Shown here: one piece after another, positions 36,060 through 43,688 of the stretch
Numbering within the stretch: position 1 is the stretch's first letter
How the letters are laid out: every line of letters begins with the position of its first letter
Source of the DNA: Opitutaceae bacterium
GTDB lineage: Bacteria; Verrucomicrobiota; Verrucomicrobiia; Opitutales; Opitutaceae
Reading direction: 5' to 3'
Length of the DNA: 64,000 nt
Assembly (NCBI GenBank): GCA_965227745.1
Contig: OZ245769.1
Coordinates: forward strand, 6,296,974-6,360,973
The notes under the pieces: generated by a model
Database searches by the model: none
Seen by the model: only the letters and a program-made list of their open reading frames with translations
What the model was told of the DNA's origin: nothing
Program-made: the position numbers and the translations under genes

Positions 36060-37064
36060 ATGAAGACACTTACCCCGGTCTTGGCAGTACTGGCATTGGC
36101 GGTGTCCGCGTTCGCGGCGGAGCCTGCGGCGAAGAAGCCGTTTGAGCGGCGTGTGGAGCGGCTTGATCCGGCGCTCGACCAGCTCATCGCGGTCGACGCA
36201 AAGATCGAGAAACTGGCCGACGGCTTTACGTGGTCCGAAGGGCCGGTGTGGTATGAGGGCGCGGTCGTGTTTTCCGATGTGCCGGCCAATATCGCGTACC
36301 GCTGGAAAGAGGGCATGGCGAAGGCCGAGGTGTTTATCCAGCCGAGCGGTCAGCTCACGCCAGCGCAGGGATTTCGCGAGCCGGGGAGCAATGGCATGAC
36401 ACTCGACAGCAAGGGCCGGCTGATCGTTTGCCAGCACGGTGAGCGGCGCGTGGCGCGGTATGAGAATGGGAAATTTACGGCGGTGGCGGATCGCTTCGAC
36501 GAGAAACGTTTCAATAGTCCCAACGATGTCGTGGTGCGGAAAAATGGTGAGGTGTATTTTACGGATCCCTCTTACGGGCTGGAAAAGATGGAGGCCTCGC
36601 CGCTGAAGGAGATTCCGTTTAACGGCGTGTATCGCGTGGCGACCGACGGCAAGGTCTCCCTGCTGACGAAGACCATCAATTTTCCCAATGGCATCGCGTT
36701 TTCGCCGGATGAGAAAGTGCTCTACGTCGCGGTGAGCGATGGCGCGGCGCCGCGCGTGATGGCGTACGATGTGAAGGCCGACGGCTCGGTCGCGGGTGAG
36801 CGGATTTTCTTCGATGCGCGGCCGCTGAGAGCGAGCGGGCCGGGGTCGTGCGATGGCATGAAAGTCGACCGTGACGGGAATGTGTGGACGACGGGGCCGG
36901 GTGGGGTGTTGGTGATTTCGCCGGCAGGGAAATTACTGGGGCGCGTGCTGACGGGGGTGCCAACGGCGAACTGCAACTGGGGCGGTGATGGCAGCACGCT
37001 CTATATCACGGCGAATCATGAACTGCTGCGGATTAGAACGCTGACCAAAGGGGCGGGGTGGTGA
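36060..37064 (+). CDS. SMP-30/gluconolactonase/LRE-family protein, secreted
   Basis: Signal peptide MKTLTPVLAVLALAVSAFA; WSEGPVW, SNGMTLD, NSPNDVVV, FPNGIAFSPD, PDG-like CDGMKVD and NCNWGG propeller motifs. Confidence 0.85.
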   Translation: MKTLTPVLAVLALAVSAFAAEPAAKKPFERRVERLDPALDQLIAVDAKIEKLADGFTWSEGPVWYEGAVVFSDVPANIAYRWKEGMAKAEVFIQPSGQLTPAQGFREPGSNGMTLDSKGRLIVCQHGERRVARYENGKFTAVADRFDEKRFNSPNDVVVRKNGEVYFTDPSYGLEKMEASPLKEIPFNGVYRVATDGKVSLLTKTINFPNGIAFSPDEKVLYVAVSDGAAPRVMAYDVKADGSVAGERIFFDARPLRASGPGSCDGMKVDRDGNVWTTGPGGVLVISPAGKLLGRVLTGVPTANCNWGGDGSTLYITANHELLRIRTLTKGAGW

Positions 37065-37080
37065 GCGAGGCCGACCTGAG

Positions 37081-37160
37081 GGTAGGAGCCTGCTTGCAGG
37101 CGATGGATCGTGGGGTGACTGCACGGGCCATAGCCCATCGCCTGCAAGCAGGCTCCTACC
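37081..37160. repeat. REP-like perfect 24-bp inverted repeat between convergent genes
   Basis: GGTAGGAGCCTGCTTGCAGGCGAT (37081-37104), 32-nt spacer, ATCGCCTGCAAGCAGGCTCCTACC (37137-37160). Confidence 0.85.
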
Positions 37161-37168
37161 TCCGATCC

Positions 37169-37564
37169 TCAGAGATTCACCCGCAGTGAGGTAAGGGGTG
37201 CGAAGAAGGCGAGGCAGAGCACTCCGGCGGCGAGGCACCAGAGGGCGAGCATGCCGAAGGCCACGCCCTGGCGCACCGGGGTGGAGCGTATCCGGAGATG
37301 TAATACGGACCAAAGAATCAAACCGGCGAGAACCGCGACCGACGGAATCAGCGGGTGCAGGGAGAACACCGCGCGGCTGAAGGCGGGGACATCGTCCTTG
37401 CCGAAGATGCTCCAGAATTTGAACCGGAGAAACCAAGCGATCACGGAGAAGCCGACCCAGAGCAGCGAGGTCGTCACGAGGATTTGCATCCGCAGGGCGC
37501 GACGCTGCTGCGCCGCTTGCGCGGGCGTGGGCTCGGGGAGGACGGGAGCGGATTCGGCGGACAT
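37169..37564 (-). CDS. small membrane protein (4 predicted helices), hypothetical
   Basis: ORF track; hydrophobic segments; no family recognised. Confidence 0.5.
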   Translation of the reverse strand: MSAESAPVLPEPTPAQAAQQRRALRMQILVTTSLLWVGFSVIAWFLRFKFWSIFGKDDVPAFSRAVFSLHPLIPSVAVLAGLILWSVLHLRIRSTPVRQGVAFGMLALWCLAAGVLCLAFFAPLTSLRVNL

Positions 37565-37604
37565 GCTAACGGTGATTGGATAGGTAGGTGAAGAAGCCGC
37601 GAAC

Positions 37605-38681
37605 TCAGGGCTTAAGCTGTTTCACAAACCACTGGCGCGCGGTGACGATGGAGTCGGGGTTTACTTTGTGCGCTGTGTTGGGCTGCAGGAGGAAGGTGAA
37701 TTTGTCGTCGGCGCGGGCGGCGTGGTAGACGGCGCGGGTGGCGTTGATGCAGAGCTTGAGGCCGGGCTGCGGGGTGCGGGGATCGGAGTCGCCGTTGATG
37801 ACGAGGAGGGCGCGCGGGGCGATGAGCGGGACCATTGCAGGGCCGTCGAAGCGGTCGACGATGCCGGGATTGGTGCGCTCGTAGAACGTCTTGAGGAATT
37901 TGGCATCGGGGGCGACGCCGGCGTCCTTCGCGGCGGCGTCGAAGGCGGCTTGGATCGTGCCGATGCGCGAGTGCCACGAATCGTTTTCCATCGCCCAGCG
38001 GAAGCTTTGTACGCCGATGCAGGGCACGACGGCGATGAGGCGCGGATCGACGGCGGCGGCGAGGTAGAGTTCGGTGCCGCCCTTGGAAAAGCCAATGCCG
38101 CCGATGCGCGCGGGGTCGACGTCGTCGCGCGTGACGAGGTGGTCGATCAGGCGCATGATCTCCGGCACGGTGTCGTAGTAGAACGGATGCTCGTGCGGCT
38201 CGGGGGCGCGGTAGGCGCGGAGGATGGCATCGGTGTAGTCGACGCCTTTCGCCCCGGGTGCGCGCTCGCCGTGGTACGGGGCGTCGAAGGCGACGGCGAT
38301 GAAGCCGTCGCCAGCCAATTCGCGAAGGAGGCCGAGTTGGCCCTCTTTGTTGCCGCCGGTGCCGTGAAGCACGATCACCACGGGGCGGCGGGCGGGCGCG
38401 GCGGCGGAGGCGGTGGTTGGGACCGTGGGTTTGACGAGCAGGGCGGGCACGCGCTGACCGGTGCCGGAGGTAAAGGAAAAGGTTTGCTCGCTGAAGCCCG
38501 TCTTGGGGTCGGTTTTGGGGTGGGGCGAAAATTCGACGGCGAGCGGCGCGCGCTGGGGGCCGAGAACCTGGAGGAAGGCGGCGCGCGTCTCAGCGGGGGA
38601 ATCGGCGGCGGTGAGGGGAGCGGCGGTCACGAGGGTGAGCAGGGCGGCGAGAAACGAGAGCGTGGGGTGGCGCTGGCTCAT
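37605..38681 (-). CDS. secreted alpha/beta hydrolase (dienelactone-hydrolase / S9-like)
   Basis: Signal peptide; VIVLHGTGGNKEG; nucleophile elbow GGIGFSKGG; C-terminal GDSDPRTP ... H. Confidence 0.75.
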   Translation of the reverse strand: MSQRHPTLSFLAALLTLVTAAPLTAADSPAETRAAFLQVLGPQRAPLAVEFSPHPKTDPKTGFSEQTFSFTSGTGQRVPALLVKPTVPTTASAAAPARRPVVIVLHGTGGNKEGQLGLLRELAGDGFIAVAFDAPYHGERAPGAKGVDYTDAILRAYRAPEPHEHPFYYDTVPEIMRLIDHLVTRDDVDPARIGGIGFSKGGTELYLAAAVDPRLIAVVPCIGVQSFRWAMENDSWHSRIGTIQAAFDAAAKDAGVAPDAKFLKTFYERTNPGIVDRFDGPAMVPLIAPRALLVINGDSDPRTPQPGLKLCINATRAVYHAARADDKFTFLLQPNTAHKVNPDSIVTARQWFVKQLKP

Positions 38682-38732
38682 GGTGGGTGGACGAAGAGAT
38701 AGCGCGGGCGTGGCGGAGGGCCAATCATTTTG

Positions 38733-38960
38733 AACAGAAGAGAACGAGGGAAACGAAGAGCTGAAAGCGATCAGGGGAGTCTATGTTCTCAAAATAGAGT
38801 CTCAGAAGAGGAGGTGCCCACGAAACACACTAAACACACGAAAGTATTTTTCGTGTGTTTAGTGTGTTTCGTGGGCCAGTTAGCCTGTTCAAGAGCCGGG
38901 ATATGAAAACATTCGTGCGTCGTTCCGCTTCAGCTCTTGGTCACCTTCGTTTTCTTTGTT
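38733..38960. repeat. nested palindrome (outer imperfect ~36-nt arms enclosing a perfect 27-bp hairpin)
   Basis: Outer arms AACAGAAGAGAACGAGGGAAACGAAGAGCTGAAAGCG (38733-38769) versus the reverse complement of CGCTTCAGCTCTTGGTCACCTTCGTTTTCTTTGTT (38926-38960). Inner hairpin CCCACGAAACACACTAAACACACGAAA / TTTCGTGTGTTTAGTGTGTTTCGTGGG (38817-38875). Confidence 0.8.
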
Positions 38961-39781
38961 TAAACTGATCGCGTGAAGCACTCTTTCAAGTACGCGAGGC
39001 TGCGGGTGGCGATGGCTTCGGGGCCTTCGTCGAAGTTGAAGACTTCCACGGAGACAGTGCCGTCGTAGCCGACTTCGCGGAGGGCGGCGGCGATGGGGCG
39101 GAAGTCGACGGGGCCGAAGCCGGGGCCTTTGAGGCTTTTGTCGTTGGCGTGGAGGTAGGCAAAGTGGCCGCGCGATTCGCGCAGGATATCAGGGATGGAT
39201 TTTTCCTCCCAGCTCATCGCGCGCACGTCGAGGATCACTTTGAAGTGGGGTGAGGCGAGTTGCTGGGTGAAGCGCACGGCCTCGGCGGCGGTGTTGATGA
39301 AGTTGGTGTCTTCGGCGGGGAGGGGCTCAAAGCAGAGCGTGACGCCACGGTCTTCGGCGCGGCGCACGGAGGGGCGGAAGAGGTCGGTGGCCCACGCCCA
39401 CGCTTGCTCGTATGAGACGCCGGGGGCGAGGCTGCGCTGCTTCGGCGAGCCGACGATGATGGAGCGGCCGCCGAGGTCGGCGCAGAAATCGACGAGGTCG
39501 CAGAAGTATCGGGCGGTCCGGGCGCGCATGGCGGAGTCGGGCGAGGTGAGGTGCATGCCCTCGGTGCGGACGAGGACCCAGTGAATGCCGGAGATGGCGA
39601 CGCCGGCGTGGGCGGCGGCCTCGCGGATGCGGACGCGCTCGGACGCGGGGATATCGGTGACGTGCGCCGCGAGTTTAAACGGAGCGACCTCGACGGCATC
39701 GTAGCCGATGCGCGCGGCCGCGGCGAAGACCTCGGCGATGGGGAGGTCTTGGAAGATTTCCTGGCAGATGCCGAACTTCAT
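38960..39781 (-). CDS. sugar phosphate isomerase/epimerase (xylose-isomerase-like TIM barrel)
   Basis: MKFGICQE..., GYDAVE, HWVL, CFEPL and HANDK motifs typical of AP_endonuc_2-fold proteins. Confidence 0.8.
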   Translation of the reverse strand: MKFGICQEIFQDLPIAEVFAAAARIGYDAVEVAPFKLAAHVTDIPASERVRIREAAAHAGVAISGIHWVLVRTEGMHLTSPDSAMRARTARYFCDLVDFCADLGGRSIIVGSPKQRSLAPGVSYEQAWAWATDLFRPSVRRAEDRGVTLCFEPLPAEDTNFINTAAEAVRFTQQLASPHFKVILDVRAMSWEEKSIPDILRESRGHFAYLHANDKSLKGPGFGPVDFRPIAAALREVGYDGTVSVEVFNFDEGPEAIATRSLAYLKECFTRSV

Positions 39782-39980
39782 GGGTGGGGCGTGGAGGCGA
39801 AATTTTCGATTTTGGATTCTCGATTCTCGATTGGGGCGGATGGTTTAACCACGAAGGCACACGAGGTGACACGAATGAAATGCAGCGAGTGCGGGCGCAT
39901 GGCCGGCGAAGCGCGGGATAAAAATTTGGACTAAGGCAGAAGAATTTAACCACGGATGGACACCGATGGGAAGGGCCGTG

Positions 39981-40044
39981 GGGCGCGAAGCGCGCGGGCG
40001 AGATCTAAATGGATTGCTTCGTCGCTGCGCTCCTCGCAATGACA
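39981..40044. repeat. dispersed repeat GGGCGCGAAGCGCGC...GGATTGCTTCGTCGCTGCGCTCCTCGCAATGACAG, copy 2
   Basis: Matches 34348..34411. Confidence 0.85.
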
Positions 40045-40102
40045 GGGAAGAGATGGGAGGGAAAGCATGGCAGGTCCGGCTCGGCCGGACGTGGGGTGGC
40101 GA

Positions 40103-40148
40103 GATGGATTGCCGCGTCGTCCGCTATGCGGACTCCTCGCAATGACAA
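40103..40148. repeat. diverged copy 3 of the ...CTCCTCGCAATGACA repeat
   Basis: GATGGATTGCCGCGTCGTCCGCTATGCGGACTCCTCGCAATGACAAG. It explains the spurious N-terminal extension of ORF 40067..42262. Confidence 0.7.
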
Positions 40149-40213
40149 GGGGGGCGGTTGTGGTTGATTTTTGCGGGCTGGAAATGCGCGGGGGTTTGCT
40201 GTGGCGTAGGGTG

Positions 40214-42262
40214 ATGTCTGTTGATCGAACTCACGTTGCCGCGCCGCGTCCCTCGGAGGGGTGGCAGGTGCGGGCGTGGGCGGTGGGCATCGCGGTGGCG
40301 ACGGTGGTGGCGTATTCCAATAGTTTTTCGGGGACGCTGTTTTTCGACGACACGGCGTCGATTGTGGAAAATAAATCGATTCGGCAGCTCTGGCCTTTGA
40401 GCGACGTGCTGTTTGCTCCCGCGATAGCGGGCACGGCGGGACGGCCGCTCCTTAATCTTTCCTTTGCGCTTAACTTTGCGGCGGGCGGCCTCGCGCCGAG
40501 CGGCTATCATGCGGTTAATCTCGCGATTCATCTCGCGGCGGCGCTGGTGCTCTTTGGGCTCGTGCGGCGCGCGTTGTCGCTGGCGTGGGCGCGGGCGAGG
40601 TTCGCAGCGCATGCGACGGAGTTGGGGGCACTCGTCGCGCTGTTGTGGGCGGTGCACCCGCTGCAGACGGAGTCGGTGACGTATGTTTCGCAGCGGGCGG
40701 AATCGTTGGTCGGTTTGTTTTACCTGCTGACGTGGTACGCGTTCGTGCGGGCGGCGGAGCCGGGGGCGCCGCGGCGCTGGGGCGTGCTTTCCGTGGCGGC
40801 CTGCGTGGCGGGCGTGCTGACAAAGGAGATCATCGTGACGGCGCCAGTGGTGATTTTAATTTTCGACCGCGTGTTTTTGAGCGCGTCGTGGCGTGAGGCG
40901 TGGACGCGTCGGCGCGGGATTTACCTGGGTTACGCGGGGGCTTTGCTCTTGCTGGGTGTGATGATGCTTGGGTCGCGGTTGCAGGAACGCGGGGTGGGAT
41001 TCGGCGGTAAGATTGGCTGGGGGACTTATCTCGCGACGGCGTGCGAGGCGCTGGCACTGTACTTGAAACTCAGCGTTTGGCCGCACCCGCTGATCATCGA
41101 TTATGGGCCGACGCCGGCGCGCGGGGGCGGGATACTGGTGCTGAGCGGAGCGGTGCTCGCGGCGTGGCTCGGCTTAGTGGCCGCGACGTGGCGGCGGTGG
41201 CCCGGGGTGGCCTTTGCGAGCTTCGCGATTCTCGCGATGCTGGCGCCGACGCTGGTGGTGCCGATTGCCAATCAACCGGTGGCTGAGCATCGCATGTATT
41301 TGCCGCTGGCGGTGGTGGTGACGTTAGTAGTGGTGATGGGATTTCTCTGGCTGGGGCGGCGTGGAGTGATGGCGGGCGGGCTCGTCTTGGCGGTGGCGGG
41401 AGTGGGGGGCACCATGGCGCGCAATGCCGATTACCGTACAGAGGTGACGATTTGGCGGGATGCCGCGACCAAGCGGCCTGACAATTGGCGGGCGCACGCC
41501 ACGCTCGCGCTCGCATACTTTAGCGAGCAGCGCCTCGACGAAGGCGTTGCGGCCCTCGAGGTCGCACTGCGACTCAACCCGACGGAAGGGAAGCTCCATA
41601 ACAACTACGCCAACGCGCTCGCGGTGGTGGGGCGCTTGCCGGAGGCCATCGCCGCGGGCCAGCGTGCGACGCAACTCGATCCGACCTATGCCGAGGCGCG
41701 CAGCAGTCTGGCGCAGGCGCTGCTCAAGGCGGGGCGCGCCGCCGAGGCCGTGGTGCAACTCGAGGCGGCGCGCGATCTGAAGCCGGAGTCGGTCGAGATT
41801 CGCAGTAATCTTTGCGACGCGCTCCGCCGTGTCGGGCGCGCGACGGAGGCGGTGAAGGAGGGCGAAGTGGCGGTGCGGCTGCGGGACGATTTTTCCCCGG
41901 CGCATTGCAATCTCGGGCTCGCGTTGGTCGAGGTCGGGCGCACCGATGAGGCCATCGCGCATTATGAGACGGCGCTGCGCTTGAAACCGGATTATCTCGA
42001 GGTGCGGAACAATCTCGGCGTCACGCTCATGAATACCGGACGCCTGCCGGAGGCGCAGGCGCAACTCGAAGAGGCGATTCGATTGAAGCCGACGTATGCC
42101 GAGGCGCACAACAGCCTCGGCATCGTTTTCGCGAAAGTCGGGCGGTTGGACGAGGCGGGGCGGGAGTTTGAGACGGCGCTGCGGCTGCAGCCGGATCATG
42201 TGAATGCGCAGAATAATTTGAAGCTGCTGCGCAGCATGCAGGAGCAGGCGGCGAAGAAATGA
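40214..42262 (+). CDS. TMTC-like protein: N-terminal GT-C-type multi-TM domain plus C-terminal TPR repeats
   Basis: Start MSVDRT at 40214. YSNSFSGTLFFDDTASIVENKSI (DD motif of PMT/TMTC-like glycosyltransferases), about 10 TM helices, then at least 7 TPR units (A..Y..AL.L.P....A..NLG...). Confidence 0.75.
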   Translation: MSVDRTHVAAPRPSEGWQVRAWAVGIAVATVVAYSNSFSGTLFFDDTASIVENKSIRQLWPLSDVLFAPAIAGTAGRPLLNLSFALNFAAGGLAPSGYHAVNLAIHLAAALVLFGLVRRALSLAWARARFAAHATELGALVALLWAVHPLQTESVTYVSQRAESLVGLFYLLTWYAFVRAAEPGAPRRWGVLSVAACVAGVLTKEIIVTAPVVILIFDRVFLSASWREAWTRRRGIYLGYAGALLLLGVMMLGSRLQERGVGFGGKIGWGTYLATACEALALYLKLSVWPHPLIIDYGPTPARGGGILVLSGAVLAAWLGLVAATWRRWPGVAFASFAILAMLAPTLVVPIANQPVAEHRMYLPLAVVVTLVVVMGFLWLGRRGVMAGGLVLAVAGVGGTMARNADYRTEVTIWRDAATKRPDNWRAHATLALAYFSEQRLDEGVAALEVALRLNPTEGKLHNNYANALAVVGRLPEAIAAGQRATQLDPTYAEARSSLAQALLKAGRAAEAVVQLEAARDLKPESVEIRSNLCDALRRVGRATEAVKEGEVAVRLRDDFSPAHCNLGLALVEVGRTDEAIAHYETALRLKPDYLEVRNNLGVTLMNTGRLPEAQAQLEEAIRLKPTYAEAHNSLGIVFAKVGRLDEAGREFETALRLQPDHVNAQNNLKLLRSMQEQAAKK

Positions 42263-43173
42263 AGACCCCGGCGATCAAGGCACTAGGCTTTATGCTACCG
42301 ATGCTCGTGATCGCGGTGGCGGTCGCGATCTGGAATCCGCGCGGCGACGTATGGGGTACGGTCGAGCCGCCGAAGGCGCAATGCGAGGCGTACGATGCGG
42401 AGCGGCTCAGTCGCGCAACGGTGGTGTCGTCGGAACTGTACGATCAACGCAAACTAGACCGGCTTTTCCGGGAGCCGCAGAACACGGTTTCGAATCTCGG
42501 TTATGTCTACGTCGGCCTCGCGGTGTGGTTCGCGGCGCGGCGGCGGCTGGCGCGGAGCTTTGGCGTGGCGTGCATTTTTCTCGGGATCGGCAGCGGGCTT
42601 TATCACGCCTCGCTCCTGCCGGAGTGGCGGCTGTGGGATATTCTCGGCGTGTACGCGGCGCTGTTTGGGCTCTGCGGCATCGGGGTGTCGCAGTTGCTGC
42701 GCTGGCGTGGGACGCGCTATGATTCGATTGCGGCGCTGATGATATGGTTTGGGGCGTTTGTGGCGGGGATCTTTCGCAATGACGTGCGCATCGCGGGCTT
42801 CAAGCCGCTCGACTCGGCGACGGTGGTCGTGGCCTGCGTGACGGTGGGGAGCGTGTGTGCGGTGCTGTGTGGGCTGGTGGGGTGGCGCGACAAAAGTGGG
42901 CGAGGGGCGATGGATCGCCGGCGGTATGCGCGGGCGATGACGGTGCTCGCGGTGGGTGCGCCGGTGGCGTTTGTGGGCGGGGCCGCGGATCGTTTCGGGG
43001 GATTTCTCGCGGCGCCGGAGGCGTGGGTACAAGGGCACGCACTGTGGCATTTATTTGGCGCGGTGGCGCTGCTCGCGGCGTATGAGGTTTTCTCGGCGGC
43101 AGGGTTTGATTCGTCGGTGTTTGGGGGCGGAGAGCGGGAGTGGGGAAGGAGGGAGGAGGGATTTAGGGAATGA
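42259..43173 (+). CDS. ceramidase-like (alkaline ceramidase/PAQR-type) integral membrane hydrolase
   Basis: 7-TM profile with NTVSNLGY, GSGLYHASL and GHALWHLFGA His motifs. The ATG overlaps the upstream stop (ATGA). Confidence 0.55.
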   Translation: MKTPAIKALGFMLPMLVIAVAVAIWNPRGDVWGTVEPPKAQCEAYDAERLSRATVVSSELYDQRKLDRLFREPQNTVSNLGYVYVGLAVWFAARRRLARSFGVACIFLGIGSGLYHASLLPEWRLWDILGVYAALFGLCGIGVSQLLRWRGTRYDSIAALMIWFGAFVAGIFRNDVRIAGFKPLDSATVVVACVTVGSVCAVLCGLVGWRDKSGRGAMDRRRYARAMTVLAVGAPVAFVGGAADRFGGFLAAPEAWVQGHALWHLFGAVALLAAYEVFSAAGFDSSVFGGGEREWGRREEGFRE

Positions 43174-43448
43174 GGGATGGGGGATTTCAGGAGGATGGTT
43201 TTTTGGGGGGATGCTTGGGGCGGAGGTGGCTTTGACGTTTTGATTTTACCGCGGATGGCGCGGATGGGCGCGGATTTTTCAGAGATGAAGAGGGTAGTTG
43301 CGCGGATCGTGGGGATGATTTTTAGGCCTTGTCGTTTGGCGGGCGGGTACGAGCCGAGCGGCCCAAGGTACGGCTGAGGCGACAAAAAATGGGCGGACTT
43401 CAGTCCTCCCTGCTTTACTTAGACTGCGGCTGCGCCGCAGGGGTGACT

Positions 43449-43481
43449 CGAAGACTCTGAGGCAAGATGCCGCAGCCACTT
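43449..43481. repeat. hairpin repeat CGAAGACTCTGaGGCAaGATGCCGCAGCCACTT, copy 1
   Basis: Matches 60363..60395 (CCGAAGACTCTGCGGCAGGATGCCGCAGCCACTT); the core CTGCGGCA-GGA-TGCCGCAG is a hairpin. Confidence 0.8.
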
Positions 43482-43625
43482 TCCAGGCGTCGGCTCACTG
43501 GTGCGCGCCGCCGCGATAACTGGGATGAGAGTAGGCCTCGGCGGGCGGGCGGGCGGGCGCTTGCGACTCGTGAGTGTTCCTCGGCTCGCTGGCGCTCGCC
43601 GCTACAGAGACACGGTGGCTGGGCG

Positions 43626-43659
43626 CAAAAAAGCCCGCCGGGTTTTTGAGCCGACGGGC
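43626..43659 (-). terminator. intrinsic terminator of leuA
   Basis: Minus strand: GCCCGTCGG-CTCAAAAAC-CCGGCGGGC followed by TTTTTTG, about 30 nt after the leuA stop. Confidence 0.75.
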
Positions 43660-43688
43660 CGTAGGTGATTCGCGAGGGAAGTCAGCGC

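Noticed and set aside
40067-40213. N-terminal extension of the TMTC-like ORF
   Set aside because: It is encoded entirely by two copies of a dispersed intergenic repeat (...LLAMT peptide artefact). The start was moved to ATG 40214.
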